Below, one piece after another: positions 1 through 9,659 of a DNA stretch of 64,000 bases. The stretch's first letter is position 1, and each line of letters starts with the position of its first letter. Source of the stretch: Candidatus Aenigmatarchaeota archaeon (GTDB lineage Archaea > Aenigmatarchaeota > Aenigmatarchaeia > Aenigmatarchaeales > Aenigmatarchaeaceae); the NCBI GenBank assembly GCA_043802485.1, contig JAZDKZ010000007.1:50457-114456 (forward strand), in the 5' to 3' direction. A program made the translations under genes and the position numbers. The notes below the pieces were generated by a model. That model was not told where the DNA came from and did no database searches. It was given only the letters and a program-made list of their open reading frames with translations.

Positions 1-222
1 TGTATGCACATTTCTTGGCGCCAATTGTGCGCTTACGCGCCAAAAGGATGAAATCGATGTTGTATCGATATTTCTAGGCGCCTTATTTGTAAAAAGTAAT
101 GCGCAAAATTAGGATATATATATTCATAGAAACAGTTTCCAGCCATGCTTTGTATTGTTTCTGGGTACAATTTCAATCAAAAATAACTAATTTTATATTA
201 TCTAATTGTTTCTAAAGGTGTT

Positions 223-1122
223 TTATGGCTTCTTTTGAAAATCCTTGACTATATATACCTTGTTTGACCTGCCGATTCGTTCAAGTTTGACAAGTCCTCT
301 TTCCTTCAAAGAACTCAGCACCTTTGACACTTTTGCCTTGGAATAGCCGCTGTCGCGCACAATAATTTTCTGATTGACACCGCTTCCGTGCTTCATTATG
401 GTGTTGAAAATTGTTTTCTCGTCTTTTTTCAGGACAGGAATAATAAATTTTATTCCTTTGCCTTTTAGATAGAACTGATAGAAGAGAACGAAGCCAGAAA
501 AAGTTATGACAACAATGACCAAAAGGTACTGCATGGGTAATCCTGCAATAACTTCGCCTGTACTATCGAAAGCAATGGAAACATCAAACCTTTCCCCGAC
601 ATCCAGATCATTCTTCAGCCAGTTTATTATCAGCCTTCTCCCGTCAGATCCCTTCAGAGCGTCAGAAGGACTGTAGGAATTCTCTATCGGCTCTCTCAGT
701 CCGGTTGCTTCTGGCAATTTTACCAAAACGGAAAGTGTGTTTACATCGTCGTCTAAAACGAAAGAGTCAGAAAAAAGAAGATAACCTTCCCTCTTCTTGA
801 CGTTCTCATCAGAACTGTACAAGACCTGTATGTCTGTCCTATTAGAAGCATCCATATCACATGTGACAACTGTTCCCAAGACCCTCTTAACAATCTTACA
901 ATCAGCCTTTGTCTCTATGCTTATGTTCGATGGGCTTCCAAGAGTGAAGGAAACATTCTGTTCAGGATTATTGACATATATTAAATTAATCTTGTAATTC
1001 ACAGTATTGTTCTCCAGAATATCTGCGTCAACACTGTACTGAAATATCTGGCAGAACCCTGGCATTGAGAATAGAATAAAACCTAGCAATATTGTTAGCA
1101 ATACCTTTTTCATGCGTATCAT
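223..1122 (-). CDS. Membrane-anchored protein: signal peptide, ectodomain, TM helix, C-terminal winged HTH (COG2512-like)
   Basis: N-terminal hydrophobic signal; TM 'YLLVIVVITFSGFVLFY'; C-terminal 'GVNQKIIVRDSGYSKAKVSKVLSSLKERGLVKLERIGRSNKV' wHTH. Confidence 0.8.
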   Translation of the reverse strand: MIRMKKVLLTILLGFILFSMPGFCQIFQYSVDADILENNTVNYKINLIYVNNPEQNVSFTLGSPSNISIETKADCKIVKRVLGTVVTCDMDASNRTDIQVLYSSDENVKKREGYLLFSDSFVLDDDVNTLSVLVKLPEATGLREPIENSYSPSDALKGSDGRRLIINWLKNDLDVGERFDVSIAFDSTGEVIAGLPMQYLLVIVVITFSGFVLFYQFYLKGKGIKFIIPVLKKDEKTIFNTIMKHGSGVNQKIIVRDSGYSKAKVSKVLSSLKERGLVKLERIGRSNKVYIVKDFQKKP

Positions 1123-1574
1123 TTTCCTCTAACCAGAACCATGCCGCCGGTTCCAGCTGCTGCGAACTGGTGCATGACATGGGAAACCGTGTTAAGGATC
1201 GACTGGGCCTCTCCTGCATCTGTCTCGAACTTTTTGGGCTCAAGAACCTCAATCGCAGACGGGCCATACTCTATGACTATCTGGACCAGGTTGTCAAAAT
1301 TGCTCGAAACAAGCTCTATCTCGCTGGTCATAGAATAACCTTTCTCAACGTTCTTTATCGGCTTTTCAACCTCTTTGGTCTCCCCGAACTCCTTCTTGCA
1401 CATCTTCACCCTACTGTCATTATCCAAGCGGTCAAGAAGACCTTCCAAAGACTTTTTGGTAGTTTCCTCGCTAACAGCCAAAACCTCAAACATCATCCAG
1501 GCTCTTATGTTCCCTTCCTTGACCTTTGCATCTGCCTCTTCCTTTGTAATCATAAGAACTAATTTCATTTTCAA
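1119..1574 (-). CDS. Conserved archaeal hypothetical protein
   Basis: 151 aa, typical codon usage, overlaps the next gene; 'EYGPSAIEVLEP' motif. Confidence 0.7.
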   Translation of the reverse strand: MKMKLVLMITKEEADAKVKEGNIRAWMMFEVLAVSEETTKKSLEGLLDRLDNDSRVKMCKKEFGETKEVEKPIKNVEKGYSMTSEIELVSSNFDNLVQIVIEYGPSAIEVLEPKKFETDAGEAQSILNTVSHVMHQFAAAGTGGMVLVRGK

Positions 1575-1584
1575 AGCTTTAAAT

Positions 1585-2619
1585 TTATTTCCATAGCCTG
1601 CTAGGAACCCATTTCAAACCCCTGACAGGCATTTTCTCTCCGCATTTGGGGCATTTCAGGTCCTTTTTGAGCAAGAGCCTTTTTACGCCCATGATGCTTC
1701 TTTCAATGGCCAGTTCTCCGCATTCCGGGCAGTATGTGTTCTCCAGCTTGTGGCCATGAACGTTACCGACATAGACATATTTCAGGCCCTGTTCCTTGGC
1801 TACCTTGTAGGCCTTTTCCAAAGTTTCCACGGGTGTCCTAGGCAATTCTGTCATCTTGTGTGTTGGAAAGAACTGCAGAATATGAAAAGGCATCTCCTCC
1901 CCCAGATTGTCAACAATCCACTTGCACAGCTTTTTCAAATCCTCCATATTGTCGCCTATTTCCGGAACTAACAGGTCGGTTATTTCAGTGTAGACCTTGC
2001 TCTTCTTGTAGGCCAGCAAGGCATCGAATATGGGCTCGACTTTTGGTACTTGGGATAACTTGCTGTAAAAGTCCGGATTTGCAGAGCCCTTGAAATCCAC
2101 GGTGGCGGCGTCAAGGTATCTTGATATCTTATTTATCGCTTTAGGAGAGGTGTAGCCGTTGGTCACAAACATGTTGTACAGGCCCTGCTCTGATGCTATT
2201 TTGGCTGTGTCATAAGCGAATTCATAGAATACAGTAGGCTCGACATAAGTGTAGGAGATGCCTTGCACTCCATTTTTCTTTGCCAGTTCCACGACTGCTT
2301 CTGGTGTATAGTCCTCGCCCGAGATATCAGCCTCCTGTGATATCTGCCAGTTGCAGCAAAAATCACAGCGAAAGTTACAGCCAACGCTGGATATGGACAA
2401 GGTCTTTGAACCGGGAGCAAACATGTACAAAGGCTTCTTTTCTATAGGATCCACAGCCACGGAATAGAGCTTTCCGTAGACAAGCGAATAGAGCTTTCCC
2501 TTTACGTTCTTTCTGACCCTGCAAAACCCGGTCTGGCCCTCGGGTATATTGCAATTTCTAGCGCACAAGCCACAGCTAACGGCATTTTCCAGCTTTTTGT
2601 AGAACAAGGCTTCCTTCAT
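1585..2619 (-). CDS. AmmeMemoRadiSam-type radical SAM enzyme (PflA-like)
   Basis: N-terminal CxxCxxxC...GFCRVR; 'DPIEKKPLY'; CNFRCDFC radical SAM motif; C-terminal 'YVGNV...TYCPECG'. Confidence 0.9.
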   Translation of the reverse strand: MKEALFYKKLENAVSCGLCARNCNIPEGQTGFCRVRKNVKGKLYSLVYGKLYSVAVDPIEKKPLYMFAPGSKTLSISSVGCNFRCDFCCNWQISQEADISGEDYTPEAVVELAKKNGVQGISYTYVEPTVFYEFAYDTAKIASEQGLYNMFVTNGYTSPKAINKISRYLDAATVDFKGSANPDFYSKLSQVPKVEPIFDALLAYKKSKVYTEITDLLVPEIGDNMEDLKKLCKWIVDNLGEEMPFHILQFFPTHKMTELPRTPVETLEKAYKVAKEQGLKYVYVGNVHGHKLENTYCPECGELAIERSIMGVKRLLLKKDLKCPKCGEKMPVRGLKWVPSRLWK

Positions 2620-2658
2620 GATAGTTATTTAATTTTCAAAGCATTTTATACTTATTAT

Positions 2659-2744
2659 GCCCTAGTAGCTTAATCTGGTGAAGCGTTCGCCTCGTATAAG
2701 TTCGGGAAAGCGAAAGATTGCAGGTTCAAATCCTGCCTAGGGCT
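2659..2744 (+). tRNA. tRNA-Thr(CGT) with 12-nt canonical intron (2697-2708)
   Basis: Acceptor GCCCTAG/CTAGGGC; anticodon stem TTCGC/GCGAA; T-loop TTCAAAT; BHB central helix CTCG/CGGG. Confidence 0.93.
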
Positions 2745-2799
2745 CTTTACCACAGCAAGTGGTAAAAAAGCACAAGCACTGTAAATACATACTATTTAC

Positions 2800-3635
2800 A
2801 TGCACTTAGAAACTAAATACCTAAAAGAGCTTTCCAAAAATGAAAGGGATAAGATTTTTGTTAAAATTGGTATTAAGAAAAATAAATTGAAATGCATAAG
2901 AAAATTGCCGCCAAAGCAAAAACTAATAGAATCTGCCAAAATAGCACTTCAAATAGACCCTACCACAAATGAGGATTTCATTGAGTGGATAGCCGGATAT
3001 GAATGGAGAGGAATTGTTCATAATTACTTTGATAATTTAGATGCTCTTCTTTCTTTTGCCAAAAAGGAGTTGCCTGTCATTAGAAAGAGTTTTGTATACA
3101 AAAACAATCCTAAAAAGATAGATATCCTTAGAATATTGCCATCAAAAATAGATATTCTGGATTTACATTGTGATATCAATGAGGATGAAATTCATATCTG
3201 GCAAAAAAATAATAGCCGCATCAGAAGCGTTAAATTAAGAAGAGAAATAGACAAAAAATCTTTCTTGTTGGCATGTCTCTCTACGCGGGAGAGGGAACAA
3301 AATCCAAAGGAAGGCATGATGTAGAAATAGTAAATTCCAACTTCTCTTTAATAAGAATATTTATTAAATTTCTTTCGGCACTGGGCATCAAAAAAGATGA
3401 AATAGGAGCTAGAGTGCATGTGCATGATAAAAAAGACGTAGAACATGCAACCCAGTTATGGATGGAAAATGTCGGATTGACTAGAAAACAATTTAAGAAA
3501 CCTTTGATGAAGAAAAGAGGCCGCAAAGTGAACAAGAGGTGTTTTACCTTGGATTTACGCGTCTATAATTCCATGTTACAAAATCTATTATTATACTGGC
3601 TATCTGATTTGGAAAGAATAATAGACTATATTTAA
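2800..3635 (+). pseudogene. Free-standing LAGLIDADG-like endonuclease gene split by a 2-nt frameshift
   Basis: ORFs 2800-3324 and 3273-3635 join as 'FLLACLYAGEGTK...NSNFSLIRIFIKFL' if one TC is removed from TCTCTC at 3276-3281; AT-rich. Confidence 0.65.
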
Positions 3636-3677
3636 TCTCCCTCGGGGCTTTTTATTTCTATTGTCTCAATTATCATT

Positions 3678-3869
3678 ATGGCCGAACTAAGAGGCTATAA
3701 AAAAATCATGAACTCAATAGAACATGATAGAATGAGAATGGCTGTAACTGGTGAATCATTTGATGATATTGTGAACGAGGGCATTTCTCCGGAAGACAGA
3801 AAATATTTGGATGATATAGATCGAAAAGTTGCTGCTGATCTCGGAAGAAAAAGAGGATATAACAAATAA
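3678..3869 (+). CDS. Small hypothetical protein
   Basis: 63-aa ORF filling an intergenic space. Confidence 0.5.
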   Translation: MAELRGYKKIMNSIEHDRMRMAVTGESFDDIVNEGISPEDRKYLDDIDRKVAADLGRKRGYNK

Positions 3870-3947
3870 TAAGAAGATAGTATATTTCTCTTAGCAGAAA
3901 GCTATAAATTTGTCAACATAATAATTAAAAGAGTAAAGGGTGATGAA

Positions 3948-4418
3948 ATGGAAGTTAGAATATACGAGATAGAAAAGAACGCTGTTTCAAAGGTGAAGAG
4001 TATACTGGAAAGTACGGACAAAAGTGACATAGAACTCAAATGTCAAAAGTGCGAAAAAACTGAAACTAAAACAATAGACGCTGGTAGACTTACATCAGAT
4101 GAGAGCAACGAAAGGTTTGAGAAAGCCAATCCTTGTACATGTGGAGGACCAACAAAAATAGTTTCCAGTAAAATTTCTTATATAAATGAACTTGTTAGAA
4201 ATGGGTATGGTTTACATGGTGCTCAGGCAATCGAAGTTGAAAAGGATTCATCATTCCTCTACATAAAAGCAGACGAAGATTTTTTCAGAAAGAATGAAAA
4301 ATTGTTAATGATTGAGGGTGTAAAGAAAATGGAAGGAAATGAGATGGAAAAAATAAAAAACAAAATAGAGGAACTCGAAGAAAAGGCCTTAGAAGGCTTT
4401 GGAGGCATATTCGGATGA
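3948..4418 (+). CDS. Conserved archaeal hypothetical protein with Zn-ribbon-like insert
   Basis: SD GGTGA upstream; CQKC...CTCGG; C-terminal 'EEKALEGFGGIFG'. Confidence 0.7.
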   Translation: MEVRIYEIEKNAVSKVKSILESTDKSDIELKCQKCEKTETKTIDAGRLTSDESNERFEKANPCTCGGPTKIVSSKISYINELVRNGYGLHGAQAIEVEKDSSFLYIKADEDFFRKNEKLLMIEGVKKMEGNEMEKIKNKIEELEEKALEGFGGIFG

Positions 4419-4675
4419 TGGCTGTCTTCACGATTGGGGCTGACGAAAGAAGGGTGGCCCAGATGATGGAGATTGCCCAGGCATGGGGCTTTATTGGCAA
4501 GTATTCTGATTCCAAGAGGCTCTTGGACGACGTGATAAAGAAGAAGATTGCCTATGTCCTGGTAGTCGACCCAGAGGCAATAGAAGAAAACGTAAAAAAA
4601 CAGCTCCAAACCATGAACGTCAAGATAGTCAACTTCAATGACAAGAAAAGGCTCGAAGGCCTTATAAGAGTCTGA
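4415..4675 (+). CDS. Hypothetical protein
   Basis: 86 aa, ATGA overlap with the upstream gene. Confidence 0.65.
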   Translation: MMAVFTIGADERRVAQMMEIAQAWGFIGKYSDSKRLLDDVIKKKIAYVLVVDPEAIEENVKKQLQTMNVKIVNFNDKKRLEGLIRV

Positions 4676-4691
4676 TTCTTAATTATTTTAG

Positions 4692-4779
4692 GCGCCGATA
4701 GTCTAGCCTGGTAGGACATAAGCTTCCCAATTATCCAAGGAAACAGCTTAGGACCCGGGTTCAAATCCCGGTCGGCGCA
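4692..4779 (+). tRNA. tRNA-Gly(CCC) with 15-nt canonical intron (4730-4744)
   Basis: Acceptor GCGCCGA/TCGGCGC; anticodon stem TAAGC/GCTTA; BHB TTCC/GGAA. Confidence 0.93.
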
Positions 4780-4811
4780 CTATCATATTGATAAAAATTT
4801 CTGACATCCGA

Positions 4812-5477
4812 TTATATAGCCCCAATAGCCATCAGGTTACGACAAAAGGCGAAAATTTTATCCGTCAGGCTTAAGGTTAGAGGCTGGATGTCGTGGCTGA
4901 CATAGAGGTAGTACAGAACAACAATGGTCAAACCGATTAATTCTATGGCAGCACCTAAAGAAAATATGAACTTTTTCTTACTTACACCGTAATAAATCAA
5001 GTAGTAAATAGTTATGGCCTGCCATAAAAAGGCTACTATATATCCGATGGCGGATCTTGACAGCAGAAAACTGGAAAAGGCCGTGTTGGTCAAGATTGTA
5101 GCAAATAGCATTATAAGGTTGGCATAGTTCAAAGCAGATTTCTTAAAGTAAAGAAAGCAACCCACTGAGATAACTATACGATGCAGGCCCGCCCACATGT
5201 TCATTCCCACACCCGCACCAGCTGTTTTCGGAATAATAAAGCTGAACGAGGGTATGAAATAAAGGTCTGATATGAACATAGGAACAGTACTGGCTAGCAT
5301 TATCAACCAGAACTTGTCCTTTGTCTTGTAAAAGGCGTAAGAGAAGGCTAGGAAGGCAATGGCATCGCCTGCCAAGTAGGCTTGAGTTGCCGGTGTACGT
5401 ATCAACATGCTCCTAATGATTAGAATAAACGAGACTATCGCTACTGTGTAAACAAGCAGTCTGACCTTGTCCGCCAT
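4812..5477 (-). CDS. Multi-pass membrane protein (about 7 TM)
   Basis: Repeated hydrophobic helices over 221 aa. Confidence 0.7.
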   Translation of the reverse strand: MADKVRLLVYTVAIVSFILIIRSMLIRTPATQAYLAGDAIAFLAFSYAFYKTKDKFWLIMLASTVPMFISDLYFIPSFSFIIPKTAGAGVGMNMWAGLHRIVISVGCFLYFKKSALNYANLIMLFATILTNTAFSSFLLSRSAIGYIVAFLWQAITIYYLIYYGVSKKKFIFSLGAAIELIGLTIVVLYYLYVSHDIQPLTLSLTDKIFAFCRNLMAIGAI

Positions 5478-5588
5478 AGTAATATTTTTTTGTCCAGCTA
5501 TTTATCTTTTCTAGAAATATGATGCTCACAAACCATGTTCAAACCCCGCCAGCCGCACCATTTTATTAAAGAAAAGTAAAGATTTAGT

Positions 5589-6071
5589 ATGGCAGAGAAG
5601 ACGTATCTGGTGTTCCATCCCACAAGGCTGGCATTCATCAAACTGTATATTTTATTCTTAATCTTCATTGTAACAGGAGCAGCGTTGCTGCTTTCCATGT
5701 TCGGATTGCTGCCGTTTGATGTGCCGCTTCCTGAGGAATATTCACTCTATGCAGCAGCGGTTTCTATTGTCATTGGGATTGTTTTGCTGATAGTAGCGGA
5801 AATAAAGCATAGAATCGACACCTACATAATGACCAATTACAGGATAATAGAAAGACGAGGAATAGTGAGCATAAAGGAGGACTCTGTGGAATGGAATAAC
5901 ATAGCCAACTACACTTTTACGCAGAGCTTCCTGGAGAAGCTGCTGAACATAGGAACCATCAGACTGTATTCTTCGGGCGGGGTAGAGCATGAAGCAGAGG
6001 TTTTAATCAAGAAAACGCCTCACATAAAGAAAATAAGATTTCTTTTGGACAAATTGATACAGAGAGGGTAA
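5589..6071 (+). CDS. Membrane protein with bacterial PH (bPH_2/YdbS-like) domain
   Basis: Two TMs, then 'YIMTNYRIIERRGIVS...QSFLEKLLNIGTIRL'. Confidence 0.85.
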   Translation: MAEKTYLVFHPTRLAFIKLYILFLIFIVTGAALLLSMFGLLPFDVPLPEEYSLYAAAVSIVIGIVLLIVAEIKHRIDTYIMTNYRIIERRGIVSIKEDSVEWNNIANYTFTQSFLEKLLNIGTIRLYSSGGVEHEAEVLIKKTPHIKKIRFLLDKLIQRG

Positions 6072-6108
6072 TGTCTTATAAATATTCATGTTTTAATTAA
6101 ATTAGCAA

Positions 6109-6180
6109 GGGCCCATGGTCTAGCGGTATGACGCCACCTTGACAGGGTGGAGGCCGAGAGTTCGAATCTCTCTGGGCCCA
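6109..6180 (+). tRNA. tRNA-Val(GAC), intronless
   Basis: GGGCCCA/TGGGCCC acceptor; CCACC-TTGACAG-GGTGG anticodon arm. Confidence 0.95.
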
Positions 6181-6194
6181 CTCATAGTGTTTTG

Positions 6195-8591
6195 ATGAAA
6201 ATCTTTGCGGACTTGCATTTGCACAGCCATTACAGCAGAGCCACTTCCAACAGGATGAACATAGAGAACCTGGAGAGATACGGCAAACTGAAAGGATTAA
6301 ATCTCATAGGCACAGGAGACTTTACCCATCCGCTCTGGCTGAAAGAGCTTAAGGGAATCCTAAAAGAAGTGGACGGCTTCTACAAGTACAAGGAAAGCAG
6401 CGTCTCTTTTGTTCTTCAGGCAGAGGTCGCCATTATCTACAGGCAGGATGAAAAGTCAAGAAGGGTGCATCTTGTCCTTCTTGCGCCAAGCTTTGGTGTT
6501 GTCGACCAGGTTAACGATTTTTTATCAAAATATGGAAAGCTAGCATCAGACGGCAGGCCCATTCTTACAAAGATAGACTGCGCGGAACTGACGGAAAGGC
6601 TGATGCAGATATCAAAGGATATTATGGTTATACCCGCACACTGTCTATTACCGAACACAAAAATTATTGCCAATCCAGAAGTCAAAAGCATAGAAGATGT
6701 TAAAAGGGGGGATTTTGTATATACGCACACGGGACTGAAGAGAAAAGTAACAAAGGTCTTTTCCCATAGGTATAGAGGAAAACTGCTCAAAATCACACCC
6801 TGGTATTTTTCTGTTGAAACCCCTTCAACACCTGAACACCCTTTCCTAGCTATAAAAACCAAAAAAAACTGCTCTTGGACCAGTGGAATTTGCAAACCGT
6901 CAGAAACTCATTTGAAAAGGTGTAATTCAGAGGAGCACAAAAAGTATCATCCCGAATGGATACAAGCTAAGAATCTAGAGATTGGGGATGTTTTGGTTTA
7001 TCCAAGATTCAGAGAGAAAAACATAGATGTCGGCCATATAGCGTTTGGAGACAGAAAAATTGAATTAGATAGAGATTTCTGCAGGCTTGTTGGATATTAC
7101 CTTGCGGAAGGCTACACTCAAGGCAATGAAGCGATAACATTTACGTTCAATAAAAAAGAGAAAGGCTATGTTTTTGATGTGTGTTTTCTAATGAGAAAAA
7201 TATTCGGTTTGAAACCATCTAAAGGAAAAACAGAAAGTGATGCCATATTCTATTCCAAGGCCATAACTGAAAAATTTAAAGAGCTGTTTTATACTAGAAA
7301 GCCGTATAGGGCGTTTAACAAAAAATTGCCAGAGGACTTTATTTACCTGCCAGAAGAAAAGCAAGTCGAAATTCTCAAAGGCTGGTGGAGAGGCGACAAA
7401 GGAAGCACATCATCCAGATTATTGGCGAATCAAATGAAAATTGTCTGTTTAAGATTAGGCATAATACCATCCTTTACAATCGACACTGTGCAGTCCCATA
7501 AAGAAAGGGGCAAACATTTAATAGGGGATAGAGAAATCCGAGCAAAGCATGACAATTTCATACTTCACCGATTGAGCTTTTTTGAAGACAGACTCAACCT
7601 GCTGAAGGATCCCGCATTTAAAAAATGCGTATCAAAAACAAAGATGAGGCATGGGTGGCTGGATGGAAGGTTTATTTACATACCCATAAGAAAAATAGAC
7701 ATTGCTTTTTACGACGGCAATGTACTAAATTTAGAGGTCGAGAAAGATAATTCATACTTGACTGAATCTGCTGCTGTTCATAATTGCTGGACGCCGTGGT
7801 TCGCGCTTTTTGGCAGCAAGTCAGGCTTTGACAGGATAGAGGACTGCTTCAAGGACCAGACAAAGAACATATTCGCCTTGGAGACAGGCCTTTCAAGCGA
7901 TCCGGCAATGAACTGGCGCCTGTCCGCCTTGGACAAATACACGCTGATAAGCAACAGCGACTCTCACAGTCCCTGGCCGTCAAGGATAGGTAGGGAGGCG
8001 AATGTCTTCAATGCTGAAATGACCTACAAGGACGTGTTAGATGTTCTGAAGAAGAAGGACCCTAAAAGATTCCTTTACACGATAGAGGTCGACCCGTCAT
8101 GGGGTAAGTACCACTGGGACGGCCACAGGGCATGCAACGTCTGCATGAGCCCGAAGGAATCGCTAAAGCACAAGAACATTTGCCCTGTCTGTAAAAGGGA
8201 ACTGACCATAGGCGTTGAGCACCGCGTCGAGGAATTAGCAGACAGGGAAGATGGCTTCAGGCCTGATGGAGCGATACCATTCAAGAAGATTATACCCCTT
8301 TCTGAATTGATAGCAACAGTGTACAACACCCAATCTTTCGCGAAAAAGGTGTGGGCAGAGTCATCCAAATTATTGAACGAGTTCGGCTCAGAGTTCAAGG
8401 TCCTTTTGGAGACGCCGGAGGAGAACCTGAGAATAGTGACGCATGAGAAGATTGCCAAGCTGATAATAAAGAACCGGAACGGCGATTTGAAAATACACCC
8501 TGGCTACGACGGCGAATACGGCAAGCTTATCCTCGAAGAAGAGGGCTACATCAAACAGCCACAAAAGAGACTGGACTCTTTCACAAAATAA
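6195..8591 (+). CDS. Endonuclease Q family (PHP domain, TIGR00375-like), intein-containing
   Basis: 'DLHLHSHYSRATS', 'GTGDFTHP', 'ETGLSSD', 'NSDSHS', 'GKYHWDGHRAC...CPVC', 'PGYDGEYG', C-terminal PIP-like 'QKRLDSF'. Start taken at ATG 6195, because the longer ORF runs into the tRNA. Confidence 0.9.
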   Translation: MKIFADLHLHSHYSRATSNRMNIENLERYGKLKGLNLIGTGDFTHPLWLKELKGILKEVDGFYKYKESSVSFVLQAEVAIIYRQDEKSRRVHLVLLAPSFGVVDQVNDFLSKYGKLASDGRPILTKIDCAELTERLMQISKDIMVIPAHCLLPNTKIIANPEVKSIEDVKRGDFVYTHTGLKRKVTKVFSHRYRGKLLKITPWYFSVETPSTPEHPFLAIKTKKNCSWTSGICKPSETHLKRCNSEEHKKYHPEWIQAKNLEIGDVLVYPRFREKNIDVGHIAFGDRKIELDRDFCRLVGYYLAEGYTQGNEAITFTFNKKEKGYVFDVCFLMRKIFGLKPSKGKTESDAIFYSKAITEKFKELFYTRKPYRAFNKKLPEDFIYLPEEKQVEILKGWWRGDKGSTSSRLLANQMKIVCLRLGIIPSFTIDTVQSHKERGKHLIGDREIRAKHDNFILHRLSFFEDRLNLLKDPAFKKCVSKTKMRHGWLDGRFIYIPIRKIDIAFYDGNVLNLEVEKDNSYLTESAAVHNCWTPWFALFGSKSGFDRIEDCFKDQTKNIFALETGLSSDPAMNWRLSALDKYTLISNSDSHSPWPSRIGREANVFNAEMTYKDVLDVLKKKDPKRFLYTIEVDPSWGKYHWDGHRACNVCMSPKESLKHKNICPVCKRELTIGVEHRVEELADREDGFRPDGAIPFKKIIPLSELIATVYNTQSFAKKVWAESSKLLNEFGSEFKVLLETPEENLRIVTHEKIAKLIIKNRNGDLKIHPGYDGEYGKLILEEEGYIKQPQKRLDSFTK
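6642..7784 (+). mobile_element. Intein (381 aa) with LAGLIDADG homing endonuclease
   Basis: Starts 'CLLPNTKI'; block B 'STPEHPF'; EN motifs 'LVGYYLAEG' and 'ILKGWWRGD'; ends 'VLNLEVEKDNSYLTESAAVHN' followed by Cys(+1). Confidence 0.93.
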
Positions 8592-8629
8592 AAAAGAAGT
8601 AGAGAAACCATAGCTTCTCCAAAAAAAGT

Positions 8630-9598
8630 CTATCTTCCAGAAACACTAACGCTAGCTGTTCTCTCAGCCATGTAACCGTATGTTGCGGTTACTGTGAGCT
8701 GATACGACTGCATTGTTGTCGGCGCGCTGTCAATTGTCAAATCACAGGACAGTGTTATGTCTCTTCCTGCTACCAGTTCCTGCTCGCCTTCGCAGCTTTC
8801 GAAACCGGAAAGACCAGATGCCTCTATGTCAATCTCAACTCTGTTGAGCTCTGTGTCTGCGTCCAATGACAAGTCAGGACTGCCGCTCGAATAGTCTATC
8901 GAACCAGCCTTGTATAGTGTCGATCCACCTACATTGCTAATCTTTATCTGTAGCGTGACAACGTCAGAATCCGATGCGATTATAATCGGGTCTGGAATGG
9001 CCTTTACGTACAAAGCGACAGGTCCTCCTGTTGAAGACAGGGCTGCGCTGTTAAGTGCCTTTTCAGACGCCCTTGCGGCATCAGCTTCTGCTTGTGAGTA
9101 AACCCAAACGTTTCCCGAAACAGTTGTTGAATAGTCATAGTAGACTCTACCTATGAAGATATCGTTCCTAATAGTTCCCTTTGATATCCCCGTCGGTGAT
9201 GAGAGTGTATATGTAACGGTCTGCTCTCCTGCAGGTGTTCCCCTCACAGGGTCCTCAGGATTGAGAGCCTTTGTCAATGCAGTGTAAACGCTATCAGTTG
9301 TTCCCCTACCGCTCCAGTACAAACCGTCTGACAAGTCGTCCTTGACACCAGAACCTGTAAGGTATATTATCGCGTCATCCATGTCAACTGCTGCCCCGCC
9401 CAGGTTGCTCACCGTCATCATCACTCTTCCTGATGAAGTGGTGTAAACCTCGGTCGGATCCGCAGTAAACTCTGTTATGACTAGGCCGTTACCCCCAACA
9501 ACCGTTGTCGTTGTCTGCAGCCAAGAAGACATGTCTCCTTGTATACATCCAGCTACAAGCATGGTGGATAAAACTGCCAATAAAATTGCTTTTCTCAT
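8630..9598 (-). CDS. Predicted lipoprotein with Ig-like two-domain module (paralog 1)
   Basis: Lipobox 'LVAGC'; beta-rich; SD AGGTGA upstream. Confidence 0.8.
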   Translation of the reverse strand: MRKAILLAVLSTMLVAGCIQGDMSSWLQTTTTVVGGNGLVITEFTADPTEVYTTSSGRVMMTVSNLGGAAVDMDDAIIYLTGSGVKDDLSDGLYWSGRGTTDSVYTALTKALNPEDPVRGTPAGEQTVTYTLSSPTGISKGTIRNDIFIGRVYYDYSTTVSGNVWVYSQAEADAARASEKALNSAALSSTGGPVALYVKAIPDPIIIASDSDVVTLQIKISNVGGSTLYKAGSIDYSSGSPDLSLDADTELNRVEIDIEASGLSGFESCEGEQELVAGRDITLSCDLTIDSAPTTMQSYQLTVTATYGYMAERTASVSVSGR

Positions 9599-9659
9599 TT
9601 GTTCACCTTTACTATGAAGAATTGTAAAGTTGATATTTATAATTTGTGGTAGAAGGCAA

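Noticed and set aside
4552-4764. ORFs overlapping tRNA genes (also 51247-51555)
   Set aside because: They span tRNA-Gly or tRNA-Arg and are spurious.
6147-6194. N-terminal extension of the 814-aa ORF
   Set aside because: It overlaps tRNA-Val; homology starts at MKIFADLH (6195).
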